From Desulfatiglandales bacterium (lineage in GTDB: Bacteria; Desulfobacterota; DSM-4660; Desulfatiglandales; Desulfatiglandaceae), in assembly GCA_963662465.1 (NCBI GenBank), contig OY759599.1, positions 3,264,001 to 3,328,000 on the forward strand: a stretch of 64,000 nucleotides of DNA, read 5' to 3'. The position numbers and the translations under genes are program-made. Below are positions 49,105 to 59,115 of the stretch, piece by piece (position 1 is the first letter of the stretch; each line of letters opens with the position of its first letter). A model generated the notes under the pieces. It worked only from the letters and a program-made list of their open reading frames with translations, ran no database searches and was not told the DNA's origin.

Positions 49105-49845
49105 ATGGAACGTATCCTGGAACCTGAAATCATGGCGGATAAAGGTGAGGCCGAGGCTTACGACCAGCTAGTTTCGGACCCGCAGGGGGAAATGCTGGAT
49201 ACCTGCTTTGCCCTTTCCGTTTTGGATGCGGCGCCTGCTCACGGCGTCATTCTGGATTTGGGCGTGGGCACTGCCAGAATCCCCATAAACATTCGGCGGT
49301 TTTCCGACCGGCATACCATCTGTGCTTTGGATATCTCCCAGAGCATGCTGGAAATCGCCGCCAAAAATATTGAGACTGGAGAGGCATTGGATATTCACTG
49401 TGTCCGCGCCGACATGAAACGTCTCCCCTTTCCGGATGCCTCCGTCGATATGGTCGTCAGTCATGTGGCCATGCATCATCTTCCGGAGCCCACCCGAATG
49501 CTCAAAGAGGCGGCAAGGGTTCTCAAGCATGAAGGGGCCTTTCTTATCAGAGACCTCAAAAGGCCGCCTAACCGCATAGCCCTTGCTCTGTATGTTCAGA
49601 TTTTCGGGGGGGGGGGGTACAATACGATTCAGAAAAAACTCTACCGGGATTCCCTCATGGCTGGTTTTACCGTACACGAACTGAGGCGAATGGCCGAAGA
49701 TGCGGGCCTCGAAAGATTTACCGTAAAGAAATACTTCATCACCCATGTGGGGATCGAAAGAAAGGCACCGGGAGCCAAACCGGGACCAAAGTTTGAGAAA
49801 AAGGGCGGCAAAGAAAAGTTAATGCAGCGACTTTACAGACGCTAA
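49105..49845 (+). CDS. class I SAM-dependent methyltransferase
   Basis: ILDLGVGTA, LDIS.SML, DMKRLPFPDASVD, MHHLPEP, RVLK..G; in-frame G12 tract. Confidence 0.9.
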   Translation: MERILEPEIMADKGEAEAYDQLVSDPQGEMLDTCFALSVLDAAPAHGVILDLGVGTARIPINIRRFSDRHTICALDISQSMLEIAAKNIETGEALDIHCVRADMKRLPFPDASVDMVVSHVAMHHLPEPTRMLKEAARVLKHEGAFLIRDLKRPPNRIALALYVQIFGGGGYNTIQKKLYRDSLMAGFTVHELRRMAEDAGLERFTVKKYFITHVGIERKAPGAKPGPKFEKKGGKEKLMQRLYRR

Positions 49846-49926
49846 CGCGCAGCATGCCGGGAAGATGGTCAAAAAAACGTTTGCGGAGATGTTGACCGAC
49901 AATAACATATTTGTTATATTCTAAAT

Positions 49927-50262
49927 ATGAAATGGAACATTAAATATTTCAGCTCAAAACTGGAAGAGGAAATTCTTGCCCTCCCGGATGGATTGCTGGC
50001 GCGGTACTTACGATTAACCGATTTGATGGTTGAGTTTGGTCCAAACCTGGGTCCCCCTCATACAAAGTCATTTGGAAATGCTCTTTTTGAATTACGGATC
50101 AAAAGCAAGGAAGGGATCGCCCGCGTTTTCTTCTGCACAAAAACCGGCAGGAAAATCATCATGCTGCATGTTTTCATAAAGAAAACCCAAAAGACGCCAA
50201 AAAAAGAGATAAACATCGCAAGGACCCGAATGAATGAGGTAACGCAAGATGGATCATTCTGA
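49927..50262 (+). CDS. RelE/HigB-like (phage Gp49-type) toxin
   Basis: GPNLGPPHTK...LFELR....IARVFF...MLHVFIKKTQKTP. Confidence 0.88.
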   Translation: MKWNIKYFSSKLEEEILALPDGLLARYLRLTDLMVEFGPNLGPPHTKSFGNALFELRIKSKEGIARVFFCTKTGRKIIMLHVFIKKTQKTPKKEINIARTRMNEVTQDGSF

Positions 50263-50551
50263 ATTGAAGGAAAAGGCGTTAAAGAGAAAAAGTGTTAAAG
50301 CTGCCTATGAGGCCCTCGAAACTGAATTCTCACTGCTCCGTGAACTGCTGAAAGCACGCCAGAATGCGGGCCTGACCCAGGCGGAGATTGCGGAGCGTAT
50401 GGGAACGAAAGCCCCCGCCGTTACAAGACTCGAATCGTCATTAAGCAGCGGAAAGCATTCGCCTTCTATTGCAACCCTTAAGAAGTATGCACAGGCATTG
50501 GGGTGCCGTCTGGAAATAAAGGTTGTCGCCGATAATAACCCATCGCCTTGA
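50249..50551 (+). CDS. HTH (HigA/Xre-type) antitoxin
   Basis: ARQNAGLTQAEIAERMGT...RLES...SPSIATLKKYA.ALG; overlaps the toxin. Confidence 0.88.
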   Translation: MDHSELKEKALKRKSVKAAYEALETEFSLLRELLKARQNAGLTQAEIAERMGTKAPAVTRLESSLSSGKHSPSIATLKKYAQALGCRLEIKVVADNNPSP

Positions 50552-50597
50552 TATCTGTAGAAATAATCACAACGATATCAAATAATTACCTTGAATC

Positions 50598-50683
50598 GCA
50601 CAACCAAACGCTGCACCGGACCCCTAGACGCAACGGGGTAATGGGGACGTTGGGTGCAGGGGCCGGTGAGCTTGTCGTTGGAT
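50598..50683 (+). repeat. attC site
   Basis: GCACAAC (exact complement of GTTGTGC at 45834) ... GTTGGA. Confidence 0.9.
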
Positions 50684-51935
50684 TGCGACACGATGTCGCA
50701 TAGTTTGAGTGTATTCATGTAGTTACATGTAGTACCCGGTATGTTCCTACCGGACCCTACGCAGGCATGCTGCCGTTGCGCTGATGACGGGGTGTGAAGC
50801 CCTGCGGACAACGTACCGAATCGGGTTCAAATGGCGACAGGAGAACCCCTCCGGGAATCCTCCCGGTTAAGGGCTAGGGTCGGATGATATGGTGAAGGTA
50901 TCTGAATGTCTTTAAGCGTCGATTACAAGCGAAGGGCCTACGAGGATTAATAGGTCTTATGCCGCTGCCCAGTGTCAGCGGATGTGGTCAGGTTGCAGGT
51001 CTGCTAACGGCCTGCACGGAACTGTTGTACCACCGGCGTAGAGGGCGCACCTAAGTCATCCACAGGATCAACTATGTGGAACGTGGAAACCCGTTCCCGT
51101 CGCCCCCTTTGGGGGCAGGCTAACGTAAGGCATGCTGTTGGCGGGCCGGAGTAGGAGGCTGAAAAAAGCGAATGCCGGGCTGTAATGGTCCGGATACCGG
51201 GTGAAACATTCCCGGCTCCGTAAGGAGGCAGACGTTCAGCGCGGTGCCCGATTACGTGAACACCGGAGGAATCAGATGAAAGCGGGGAAAGCAGCCAGTG
51301 AAACGGGCGAATGACGGCCCTTGAGGCTGGTGCGCCCCGTATGCCTTTGGCTACTCTGACAACCGGCCTGTAACGTGAAGTGGATGCAAATCCGCGGGAA
51401 TCCCCACCAGGGAAACCTTTTCGGGGGCTTGAGCCACGTGAGGTGAAAGCCTCATGCGTGGTTCTGAGGGTAATAGCGGCATAATACACACCTCCGTACG
51501 TTATTGAAAATTAAAGACTTGTTGTTTTGAGTTTCTTGAAAGCGGGCTCTTTGGAAACCCGGAATGAGCTGCCTTTTTTATCACTTCAGATTCAAGGTCC
51601 TTTTTTGAAATGATCCATGGAGCACCGGAACATACTCGCTTGGCGGGTAGAATCTCATGTTGTATAAGTCTCCAAACTTTGGTGCTGCCAATACCCAGCC
51701 TTTCGCTTGCTTCAGCTACCGTATATTCTTCTCGTCGCTGCCTCTCTCCTTCATGATATACAGGGATATTATGCCTATTTCGAAATGAACGCAACCTTAC
51801 CGGATTCCAGGTATATCCCTTTGTAGTCTTTGTACCCACACGGTTGAGAAAGGCCACGATGTGTTTATCAGGCATAATTCTAGCCAAATCGGCTAAAGCG
51901 TCATTATACGGTTGGATCCATCAGCAGCTTTAGCC

Positions 51936-53798
51936 TCACTGCAATGTGCGAGGAGCACGGCTACTGGCTGCTTTCTTGATGCGATGATTCATCTGATCCG
52001 TCCTAACCAAACGTCTATCTGCTGTCGATAGAGATGCTGTAGAAAGCTGAAGCTCTTTTTTAAGATTCACAATTTCTTGGGAAGGCAGCCATTTATTCTT
52101 CCTATTCCGGTTTTCCATATCTAATTGCGCGAATGCAAGAGGAAGCTGATCGATCGATCCACAAACTATATTGACGTAATCGGCGTGTTCCAGATTATAT
52201 GCCAGAGCCGCTTCTGCCGGTAGATGTTCCAGATCCTGACCAAGATTTTTCCGTCCACTGCGCCGTCGTTCTCCATGCTTCATTGTTCCAAAGAAGTTTT
52301 CGAGCAGTTCGTTGGTTCGACTCATAAGCCGTATGCCGCCGCCTGTTCTTTCCGGCAAACATATGCTGTGCCCCCAAAGACTATCACCATGCGTGTCAAT
52401 ATGTTTGATTATAATATCAATAGCTTCCCGAATATCTTTTCCCGGGCCTCGTTTTGGCCGGCGATCTTTAAGGGCAGTCGTCCATGTTTCAAACTGATAC
52501 CGCATCTCGTTAAGGTCTTCTATTGATTCCTTATCCGGGAGTTCTTTTGCCAACCGCAATTGATTTCGCAGCTCATCGAATAAAGCAGCACGGCGGTGCA
52601 ACTGTTTGACAGTTTGACGAAAGGGCACTTCACAAGAAACCTTCGAAGCGATCCTCCTAAGCCGACGAATCATGCGCACAACATGCTTATCATTCGGAGG
52701 AATGCGAAGAAATGCATCTATTGCTCGCAGAGCAACCATACACCTGTTGAAAAAACTCAAATACGGTCTGTCAAAAGGAAAATCCAGGCCTGAAAGATCT
52801 GCCTTATAGTCGATTATCCACTGTGCTATGTTTCGTACAACGGCAAGGCCATCTCGTCCCGGTGGGAGACGATAGTCATCCCTCTCTTGCCAATCCAGAA
52901 CCGCCTGCCGTGTTTCATTGATCTCAAAGCCTATCTCTCGCCCGATCTCACGGACTAAGTTATTGATTTTAGGTCGTACTTTTGTACGCCGGAAATGGTC
53001 CCGCAAAGCGGAATGGTCAGGTTTTATAAGGTCTTTACCAATGTCGGCAAGAAAGTGTTGATGGCAAGCTAACACGGGTATATCCAATTGCATCTCAGAT
53101 ACGAGTTCGTCGATGGCCGGCGATACCGCGCGTCCCAAGTCGCGCATGGCTCCGCAAGGCGGGCCGAATCGACTGACCGTATCCCGCATGCAGGGTAACA
53201 AAAGATCGGCTCGTTCAGTTGAAATTTTCCAGGCGCCAAGCACCCATTTTCTCCAACCAGCCATCACAACAAATAGGGTCCCTCGACCGGCTTCTCCAGT
53301 GGCATCCACTTGCATCGGCCAACCCCCATCCGCCTCCAGGACCCCTTTCAATTGCTCAGCCCGCACGTGATGAAGTCTGAGCAAGTATTCCAAAAAGTAT
53401 CGTGTCAGATTGCTAACCTCACCGCAAGACAATTTGATGCCGTGCCTTTCCTTTAATTCTGCTTTTATTTCCTCTCTCTGTTTATAGCCGAGCAGCCTAT
53501 TGAGACCCACATAAACCATTACGTCATAACCGACAATGCCGTTTGGCATAATGGTCCGAACGACCGATTCTGCTCTCTTGGTAAACAATGTCCCATCATC
53601 ATTACGGCACCGCTCCGAACATACATGTACCGTTTCCCTAACATTAAACGTACCATGCTCGATGGTCCGTCCTTCATGCACAAACGTTTTTTGTACACGC
53701 ATCGGTCCATTGCAGAGTTCACATACCCCAACCTCATCCTTAGCAGATACAACGATATCCGCTAACCCGACCACTTGTTTAAAACAACTATCATTCAA
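51936..53798 (-). CDS. putative DDE transposase (IS OrfB)
   Basis: CELC, MQVDATGE, AMRDLG, CHQHF, RTNELLENFF motifs inside the TIRs. Confidence 0.8.
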   Translation of the reverse strand: MNDSCFKQVVGLADIVVSAKDEVGVCELCNGPMRVQKTFVHEGRTIEHGTFNVRETVHVCSERCRNDDGTLFTKRAESVVRTIMPNGIVGYDVMVYVGLNRLLGYKQREEIKAELKERHGIKLSCGEVSNLTRYFLEYLLRLHHVRAEQLKGVLEADGGWPMQVDATGEAGRGTLFVVMAGWRKWVLGAWKISTERADLLLPCMRDTVSRFGPPCGAMRDLGRAVSPAIDELVSEMQLDIPVLACHQHFLADIGKDLIKPDHSALRDHFRRTKVRPKINNLVREIGREIGFEINETRQAVLDWQERDDYRLPPGRDGLAVVRNIAQWIIDYKADLSGLDFPFDRPYLSFFNRCMVALRAIDAFLRIPPNDKHVVRMIRRLRRIASKVSCEVPFRQTVKQLHRRAALFDELRNQLRLAKELPDKESIEDLNEMRYQFETWTTALKDRRPKRGPGKDIREAIDIIIKHIDTHGDSLWGHSICLPERTGGGIRLMSRTNELLENFFGTMKHGERRRSGRKNLGQDLEHLPAEAALAYNLEHADYVNIVCGSIDQLPLAFAQLDMENRNRKNKWLPSQEIVNLKKELQLSTASLSTADRRLVRTDQMNHRIKKAASSRAPRTLQ

Positions 53799-53833
53799 AC
53801 GATGCGCCTGATGCCTTAGGTAGACCAGCGTTT

Positions 53834-54526
53834 TCAGCGGAATCTTGACGTTTTTTTTTCTGCTTGAATGCCATGTTCTGAAAAAATCCGGTTCACCTGA
53901 TCGACAGTGACGGCCAATCCCCGAACGGCGAGGCGGGTTGCTATTTCAGATTGAGATACAATAACTTGGCCCGCCTTCAGCGCTTCCACAAGAACAGCAA
54001 TGGTCGTTTCCATTGGGACCGGCCCGACAATTTGAACCCCTTCTTGTATATGTACGCGACGCGCCGCTATTTGCACTTTTCCTTTATCCGGATCTCCATT
54101 GGTATATAAGGAAAGCCCTTCGGATCGGTGCCGACTTATCTGCTGGGATTGAACCAGCCCATGAAGCGTGTTGTGCAACGTGTTGGGAATCCGAATCTTC
54201 AACAAATGCAACAGCTCTTTCGGTGTCATTCCGGCATTCGATAAATGCACAATTTCCACCACAGTCGCTTTTAGCGTGCCGGCCTTTGAAAAGCCGATTC
54301 CCCGATAAAACCACAAACCCCAAGAATCAAACGAAGGAATATCCTCAAGGGTGTAGTAACGACCGGCATCCGTAAAGCTTGTCAAGTATCCGATAAGTTT
54401 AAGCCTCCGGAATACACTCATCCGAGAACTTGTTTTCAGTACATGGAAGAGCTGATTGAGATCTGCGATGTATTTCTTCCTAAACCATTTATGTAAAGCC
54501 TTTTTGGAGTCTTCAGGAGATAACAT
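53834..54526 (-). CDS. IS OrfA, probable DNA-binding part; A9 slippery site at its end
   Basis: Inside the TIRs; ends GCA GAA AAA AAA ACG and overlaps the open -1 frame of OrfB. Confidence 0.75.
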   Translation of the reverse strand: MLSPEDSKKALHKWFRKKYIADLNQLFHVLKTSSRMSVFRRLKLIGYLTSFTDAGRYYTLEDIPSFDSWGLWFYRGIGFSKAGTLKATVVEIVHLSNAGMTPKELLHLLKIRIPNTLHNTLHGLVQSQQISRHRSEGLSLYTNGDPDKGKVQIAARRVHIQEGVQIVGPVPMETTIAVLVEALKAGQVIVSQSEIATRLAVRGLAVTVDQVNRIFSEHGIQAEKKTSRFR

Positions 54527-56610
54527 GTGACCTCTGATACATTTATTTGTTTTCTGTGGCTATTTCCAAATAAATGTATCAAAATGCCAATTGCTTGTCA
54601 ATCCTCCAATTCAATAAAATCAAGTGGTTACTGAAATATAAGGTTTGTTTCCCAGCGTTTGTGTGGTACAATTATGAAAAAAATATCAAAGATAATACCG
54701 TTAATTCAATGGCTTATTGAATCCAACCGTATCCTGACGCTGTAGCAAATCGGATATTATCTTTTTTGTATCAACATCGGTTTTCAATGGGTAACTGGAA
54801 GACTTATTCTTCAGTACCTCCAATTCCGTATGCTCACCCCCTTCCCAGTGAATGATTAATTTGATCTTTTGCTCTTCCAAATAAACAACGATCTCTTTGA
54901 TAACCGTCCGGATTATACGCTTCTTTAAATCCAAAGAGCAACACGGATTATTCCATACACGAGGTAAATCTTGTGACAGATCTCTGATCTCGGTCTCTTC
55001 CTCAGGGGAAAGCGAAGGGGTGTTCGACCCCATAGCGGTAATCTCATTCTCCAACCTTGCTACCTTAACAAGAGCGTCATTCCAATCCTTCTCCAATGTA
55101 GATGCTACCAAACGATTATCAGGGTCCACTGCATTGTATTGACGTTTTGCCCGTAAAGCTTCATAACGCGCTTGTTCCAACTCCAGTTCCCGTTGCCGTT
55201 TCACTGAATCCGATTCATGGTTGATTTTCTTTATCGCCTCTAAAGAAGCTTCTAATCCTATCGGTGATAATACTTTCAAAAGAAAATCCGTAACAGCCCG
55301 GTCAACACGGAATCCACCAAATGATATACACGCCTTTCCTGTCTCGTTACCTCGTTTGCGGCTACACTCATAACGTTTATGAGTTCCATTACGGCCTTGG
55401 TATCGTACAATTAACTTTCTGCCGCAATGACCGCATCTTAACAAACCTCCAAGCAATGCCTTTCCTCCGCGAACAGCTCCTCTCACCACCGGCCTTTTCT
55501 TATTTGTATTTTGAGTTAGTATCTCCATGTTATACTGGTACTCTTCCCATGTGATGTAACCTTCATGGTGATCCAATATTAAAACGTCCCAATCCTTTTG
55601 TTCCTTACGAATACCCTTCCTCAGTCGCTTGCGCCCATTTTCAAAAGTTACCTCTGTTTTAGTCCGGCCATAGACGTAGGCGCCGGCGTAAATTGGGTTG
55701 TTCACTATATGCGACAAGGTATGAGCAGACGGTAGTTTCCACTCTATCCTACGTTCCCCTTTACCGCTGGAAACAACAGCAATCTCAATCTGTTCATCTA
55801 AAAACCAATGATACACCCGACGAAGAGTACCATATTCCTTGAATTTCGTGAATACCAAATCAATGACTTCTTGAATTCGTTTGTCAGGATTCTTTTTCAG
55901 CTTATTATCCCTAGTCTTTATATAGGCTGCCGGTACAGTAAGATATAATTCTCCCCGCTTCGCTTTTTGTTGTATTGCCGCCTGAGAACGCTCCTTTAAT
56001 AGGCTCAATTCCATTGCACTCATTTCTCCCTTTAAGCCCAGGAGCAAACGATCATTTGACACGTTTAGGTCATAAACAGCTCCTTGATCTACAAGAACCG
56101 TTTTTTTAAGTGCACAGATCTCAAGCAACGTATGCCACTCTCGACCGTTGCGGGCCAACCTCGATGATTCAATCGAGAAAATACCCCCTATTCTTCCTTC
56201 ACACACAGATGAAAGAAGATTCTGGAATCCTTTTCTGTCAACGCATCCCGATGCAGTTATTCCCAAATCACTATCTATCATCCATATGTTTTTCTCGTTC
56301 CATCCTAATTCTTTTGCCCTTTCTACCAAGCCATATTGTAAAAGTTGGCTTTCACGATGCTGTAGAACTTGGCCCGGTGTTGACTGACGGATATATATAC
56401 ATGCTTCCCGACTAATATGTTCAGCATTGATTTTATTGCTCATGCTCATTTCCACCTTTCTTTTCTCGAAATGTCAACCGAAAATTGACCTCTTGCGACA
56501 ACCGAATTTTGCCCCCACATGAGTAATTGTAACCTGCGACGCGGTCATAGAAGGCTCCGGTGGCTCCTGCCGAAATATCCATTAAAAGAGCGACCATAAC
56601 CGCACCTTAG

Positions 56611-56817
56611 TCAGCTTCCGACCAGATAATCATCTGGTAAGTCGAGAAAACCCTTTTTCGTCGCTAATTCGAGTTCAATCAAATACCCTATCTCGCCTTT
56701 CATTTTGATCTGTGAAACCATCCACTTCGGTAACCGAATCGTGACGGGGATACGCCTCAGATGTTCAGGACTCCTTTTTCGACCAGCGCCTTTTCGACTC
56801 CCACCTCTCATTTTCAT
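56611..56817 (-). CDS. small putative DNA-binding protein (copy 1)
   Basis: RGGSRKGAGRK then VTIRLP; identical to 61366-61572. Confidence 0.65.
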   Translation of the reverse strand: MKMRGGSRKGAGRKRSPEHLRRIPVTIRLPKWMVSQIKMKGEIGYLIELELATKKGFLDLPDDYLVGS

Positions 56818-57618
56818 CGCTCCTTTTCACCTTCAAATTCGTCCAATATTTTTGAATACCGCGTACGTTTTTCAATTAAACACCTATTTCTATCGGAAAA
56901 TAAGGTATTTATGATTTATAGTTACGATTTTTCTGAGTCGGATTAAGCTGCTTGCTTCAACAACTCCAGTCTCTTGACTGCTTCCAATATCAGACCGCGA
57001 TTTTACGTTAGTGAAACTACTTCTCTTTTCTATTTCTGTTACCCTCAGAATTTTGCCAGAAACCTGACAGAAGCTCTGCAAGGAAATCAATCAATCTATT
57101 TCGTGTTTCTATTGGAATTTCGATCGGTGATGGTAAATAATCCCAAAGCCGAAGTTGATGATATTTTTGTTTCGTCATCTTTCCTCCTTGTTTTCGAATT
57201 GACTTCATCAGGAGGAAACGGTATTTTTCTATTCACTATTAAGCAATATAAATTCTTAAGCGCCCTGATTTCGATAGCGGGTTTTGAGCCGAGGGATATC
57301 TTTTCATACTTTGGATTGGTCATCCACGCAGGTATCAATTCATGGCGACCATCAGGTTTCTTTGTTACAAAACAAGTTTCTCCACGATGGTTTCTGGTAC
57401 CTACCACATAAATTTCTTCACCGGTTCTTGGGTGAAATGGGTAATATACCCGAGTTATAAACTGGTTTTGATGGGCATTATATAGTGGTTCTGAGGGGGC
57501 TCGGGGATGGCAACATCCCCCGGCTACCCGGCCCCCCCCTCAAAATCCAACGATTTACCTTGACAAACAGTCTTACTGTTGTACAATTGTCCAAAAAGCA
57601 TTTAGATGAAGGTAAAAT

Positions 57619-58011
57619 ATGGACATTGTAATTGACACATCAGCACTGATTGCGGTGATCGTTGGTGAACCACAACGTACCAAAATAATAGAAATAACGT
57701 CAGGAAATACACTGATTGGTCCAGGATCTATTCCGTGGGAAATTGGTAACGCATTTTCGGCTATGTTCAAGCGAAAAAGGCTGTCACTTGAGGAAGCGAA
57801 AAAAGGGTTTTCAATCTTCGATAGCATCCCCATTCGATACATTGAGACTGATTTTATAAGTGTTCTAAACATATCAAAACGAGCAGCTATGTATGCATAC
57901 GATGCCTATTTTTTGGATTGTGCATCAAGGCAAAAAGCTCCTCTATTAACATTGGATCGAAGGTTAAAAGCCTCTGCCCAAGATTTTAAAATTGATACCA
58001 TGGAGGTTTAA
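57619..58011 (+). CDS. PIN-domain (VapC-like) toxin
   Basis: IVIDTSALIA, WEIGNA, AYDAYFL, LLTLD; TTGACA...TACAAT promoter upstream (~57560-57588). Confidence 0.9.
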   Translation: MDIVIDTSALIAVIVGEPQRTKIIEITSGNTLIGPGSIPWEIGNAFSAMFKRKRLSLEEAKKGFSIFDSIPIRYIETDFISVLNISKRAAMYAYDAYFLDCASRQKAPLLTLDRRLKASAQDFKIDTMEV

Positions 58012-58012
58012 A

Positions 58013-58231
58013 ATGCAAGTTTATACATATTCAGAAGCTCGTCAAAAGCTTGCTACGGTTCTTGAGCAGGCTGAAAATACAGGTAAAGTGATAATTCGAA
58101 GGAAAGATGGGAGAACGTTCTCCTTGGTTCCGGAAAAAGCTGCTACATCACCACTAAATGTTCCAACAATAAAAGCAAATATAACAACACAAGAAATAGT
58201 TGACATCATTCGCGAAGGAAGGGAAAGGTAG
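58013..58231 (+). CDS. Phd/YefM-family antitoxin
   Basis: YTYSEARQKLATVLEQA...VIIRRKDG; stop codon overlaps the attC. Confidence 0.88.
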   Translation: MQVYTYSEARQKLATVLEQAENTGKVIIRRKDGRTFSLVPEKAATSPLNVPTIKANITTQEIVDIIREGRER

Positions 58232-58313
58232 AACCAAACGCTGCACCAGACGCCTGATACTTGGGCGGTTCCAGCGGGGGCCGGCAGAGGCGCTGGTGAG
58301 CTAGACGTTAGCT
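58228..58313 (+). repeat. attC site (86-bp family)
   Basis: GTAGAAC ... GTTAGC. Confidence 0.9.
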
Positions 58314-59115
58314 TGCGACACGATGTCGCATAGTTTGAGTGTATTCATGTAGTTACATGTAGCACCCGGTATGTTCCTACCGGACCCTACGCAGGCATGC
58401 TGCCGTTGCGCTGATGACGGGGTGTGAAGCCCTGCGGACAACGTACCGAATCGGGTTCAAATGGCGACAGGAGAACCCCTCCGGGAATCCTCCCCGGTTA
58501 AGGGCTAGGGTCGGATGATATGGTGAAGGTATCTGAATGTCTTTAAGCGTCGATTACAAGCGAAGAGCCTACGAGGATTAATAGGTCTTATGCCGCTGCC
58601 CAGTGTCAGCGGATGTGGTCAGGTTGCAGGTCTGCTAACGGCCTGCACGGAACTGTTGTACCACCGGCGTAGAGGGCGCACCTAAGTCATCCACAGGATC
58701 AACTATGTGGAACGTGGAAACCCGGTCCCGTCGCCCCTTTTGGGGCAGGCTAACCGCAAGGCATGCTGTTGGCGGGCCGGAGTAGGAGGCTGAAAAAAGC
58801 GAATGCCGGGCTGTAATGGTCCGGATACCGGGTGAAACATTCCCGGCTCCGTAAGGAGGCAGACGTTCAGCGCGGTGCCCGATCACGTGAACACCGGAGG
58901 AATCAGATGAAAGCGGGGAAAGCAAATGACGGCCCTTGAGGCTGGTGCGCCCCGTGCGCCTTTGGCTATTCTGACAGCTGGCCTGTAACGTGAAGTGGAT
59001 GCAAATCTGCGGGAATCCCCACCAGGGAAACCTTTTCGGGGGCTTGAGCCACGTGAGGTGAAAGTCTCATGCGTGGTTCTGAGGGTAATAGCGGCATAAT
59101 ACACACCTCCGTACG

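Larger units (their letters stand above)
51893..54745 (-). mobile_element. insertion sequence, 2853 bp, two ORFs, family unassigned
   Basis: TIRs CTAAAGCGTCATTATACGGTTGGAT / CTACAGCGTCAGGATACGGTTGGAT (22/25); 8-bp duplication CAAATCGG; empty site visible at ~59500-59507. Confidence 0.93.
51501..56455 (-). pseudogene. large serine recombinase interrupted by an IS
   Basis: Pieces 54746-56455 and 51501-51892 match the intact copy 59116-61209. Confidence 0.92.
51458..57497 (-). mobile_element. serine-recombinase integrative element, copy 1 (IS-disrupted)
   Basis: Direct repeats GTGGTTCTGAGGG at 51458-51470 and 57485-57497; nearly identical to 59073-62252. Confidence 0.92.
50683..57532 (+). mobile_element. 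group II intron 3, ORF-less (~823 nt when restored), split between domains V and VI
   Basis: 5' TTGCG; domain V 51431-51464; domain VI resumes at 57498 and ends CTACCCGGC. Confidence 0.9.

Noticed and set aside
29406..58313. Recurrent ~86-bp repeats as a CRISPR array or REP family
   Set aside because: They are separated by kilobase genes, have AAC...GTT attC architecture, lie next to intI, and no cas genes are present.
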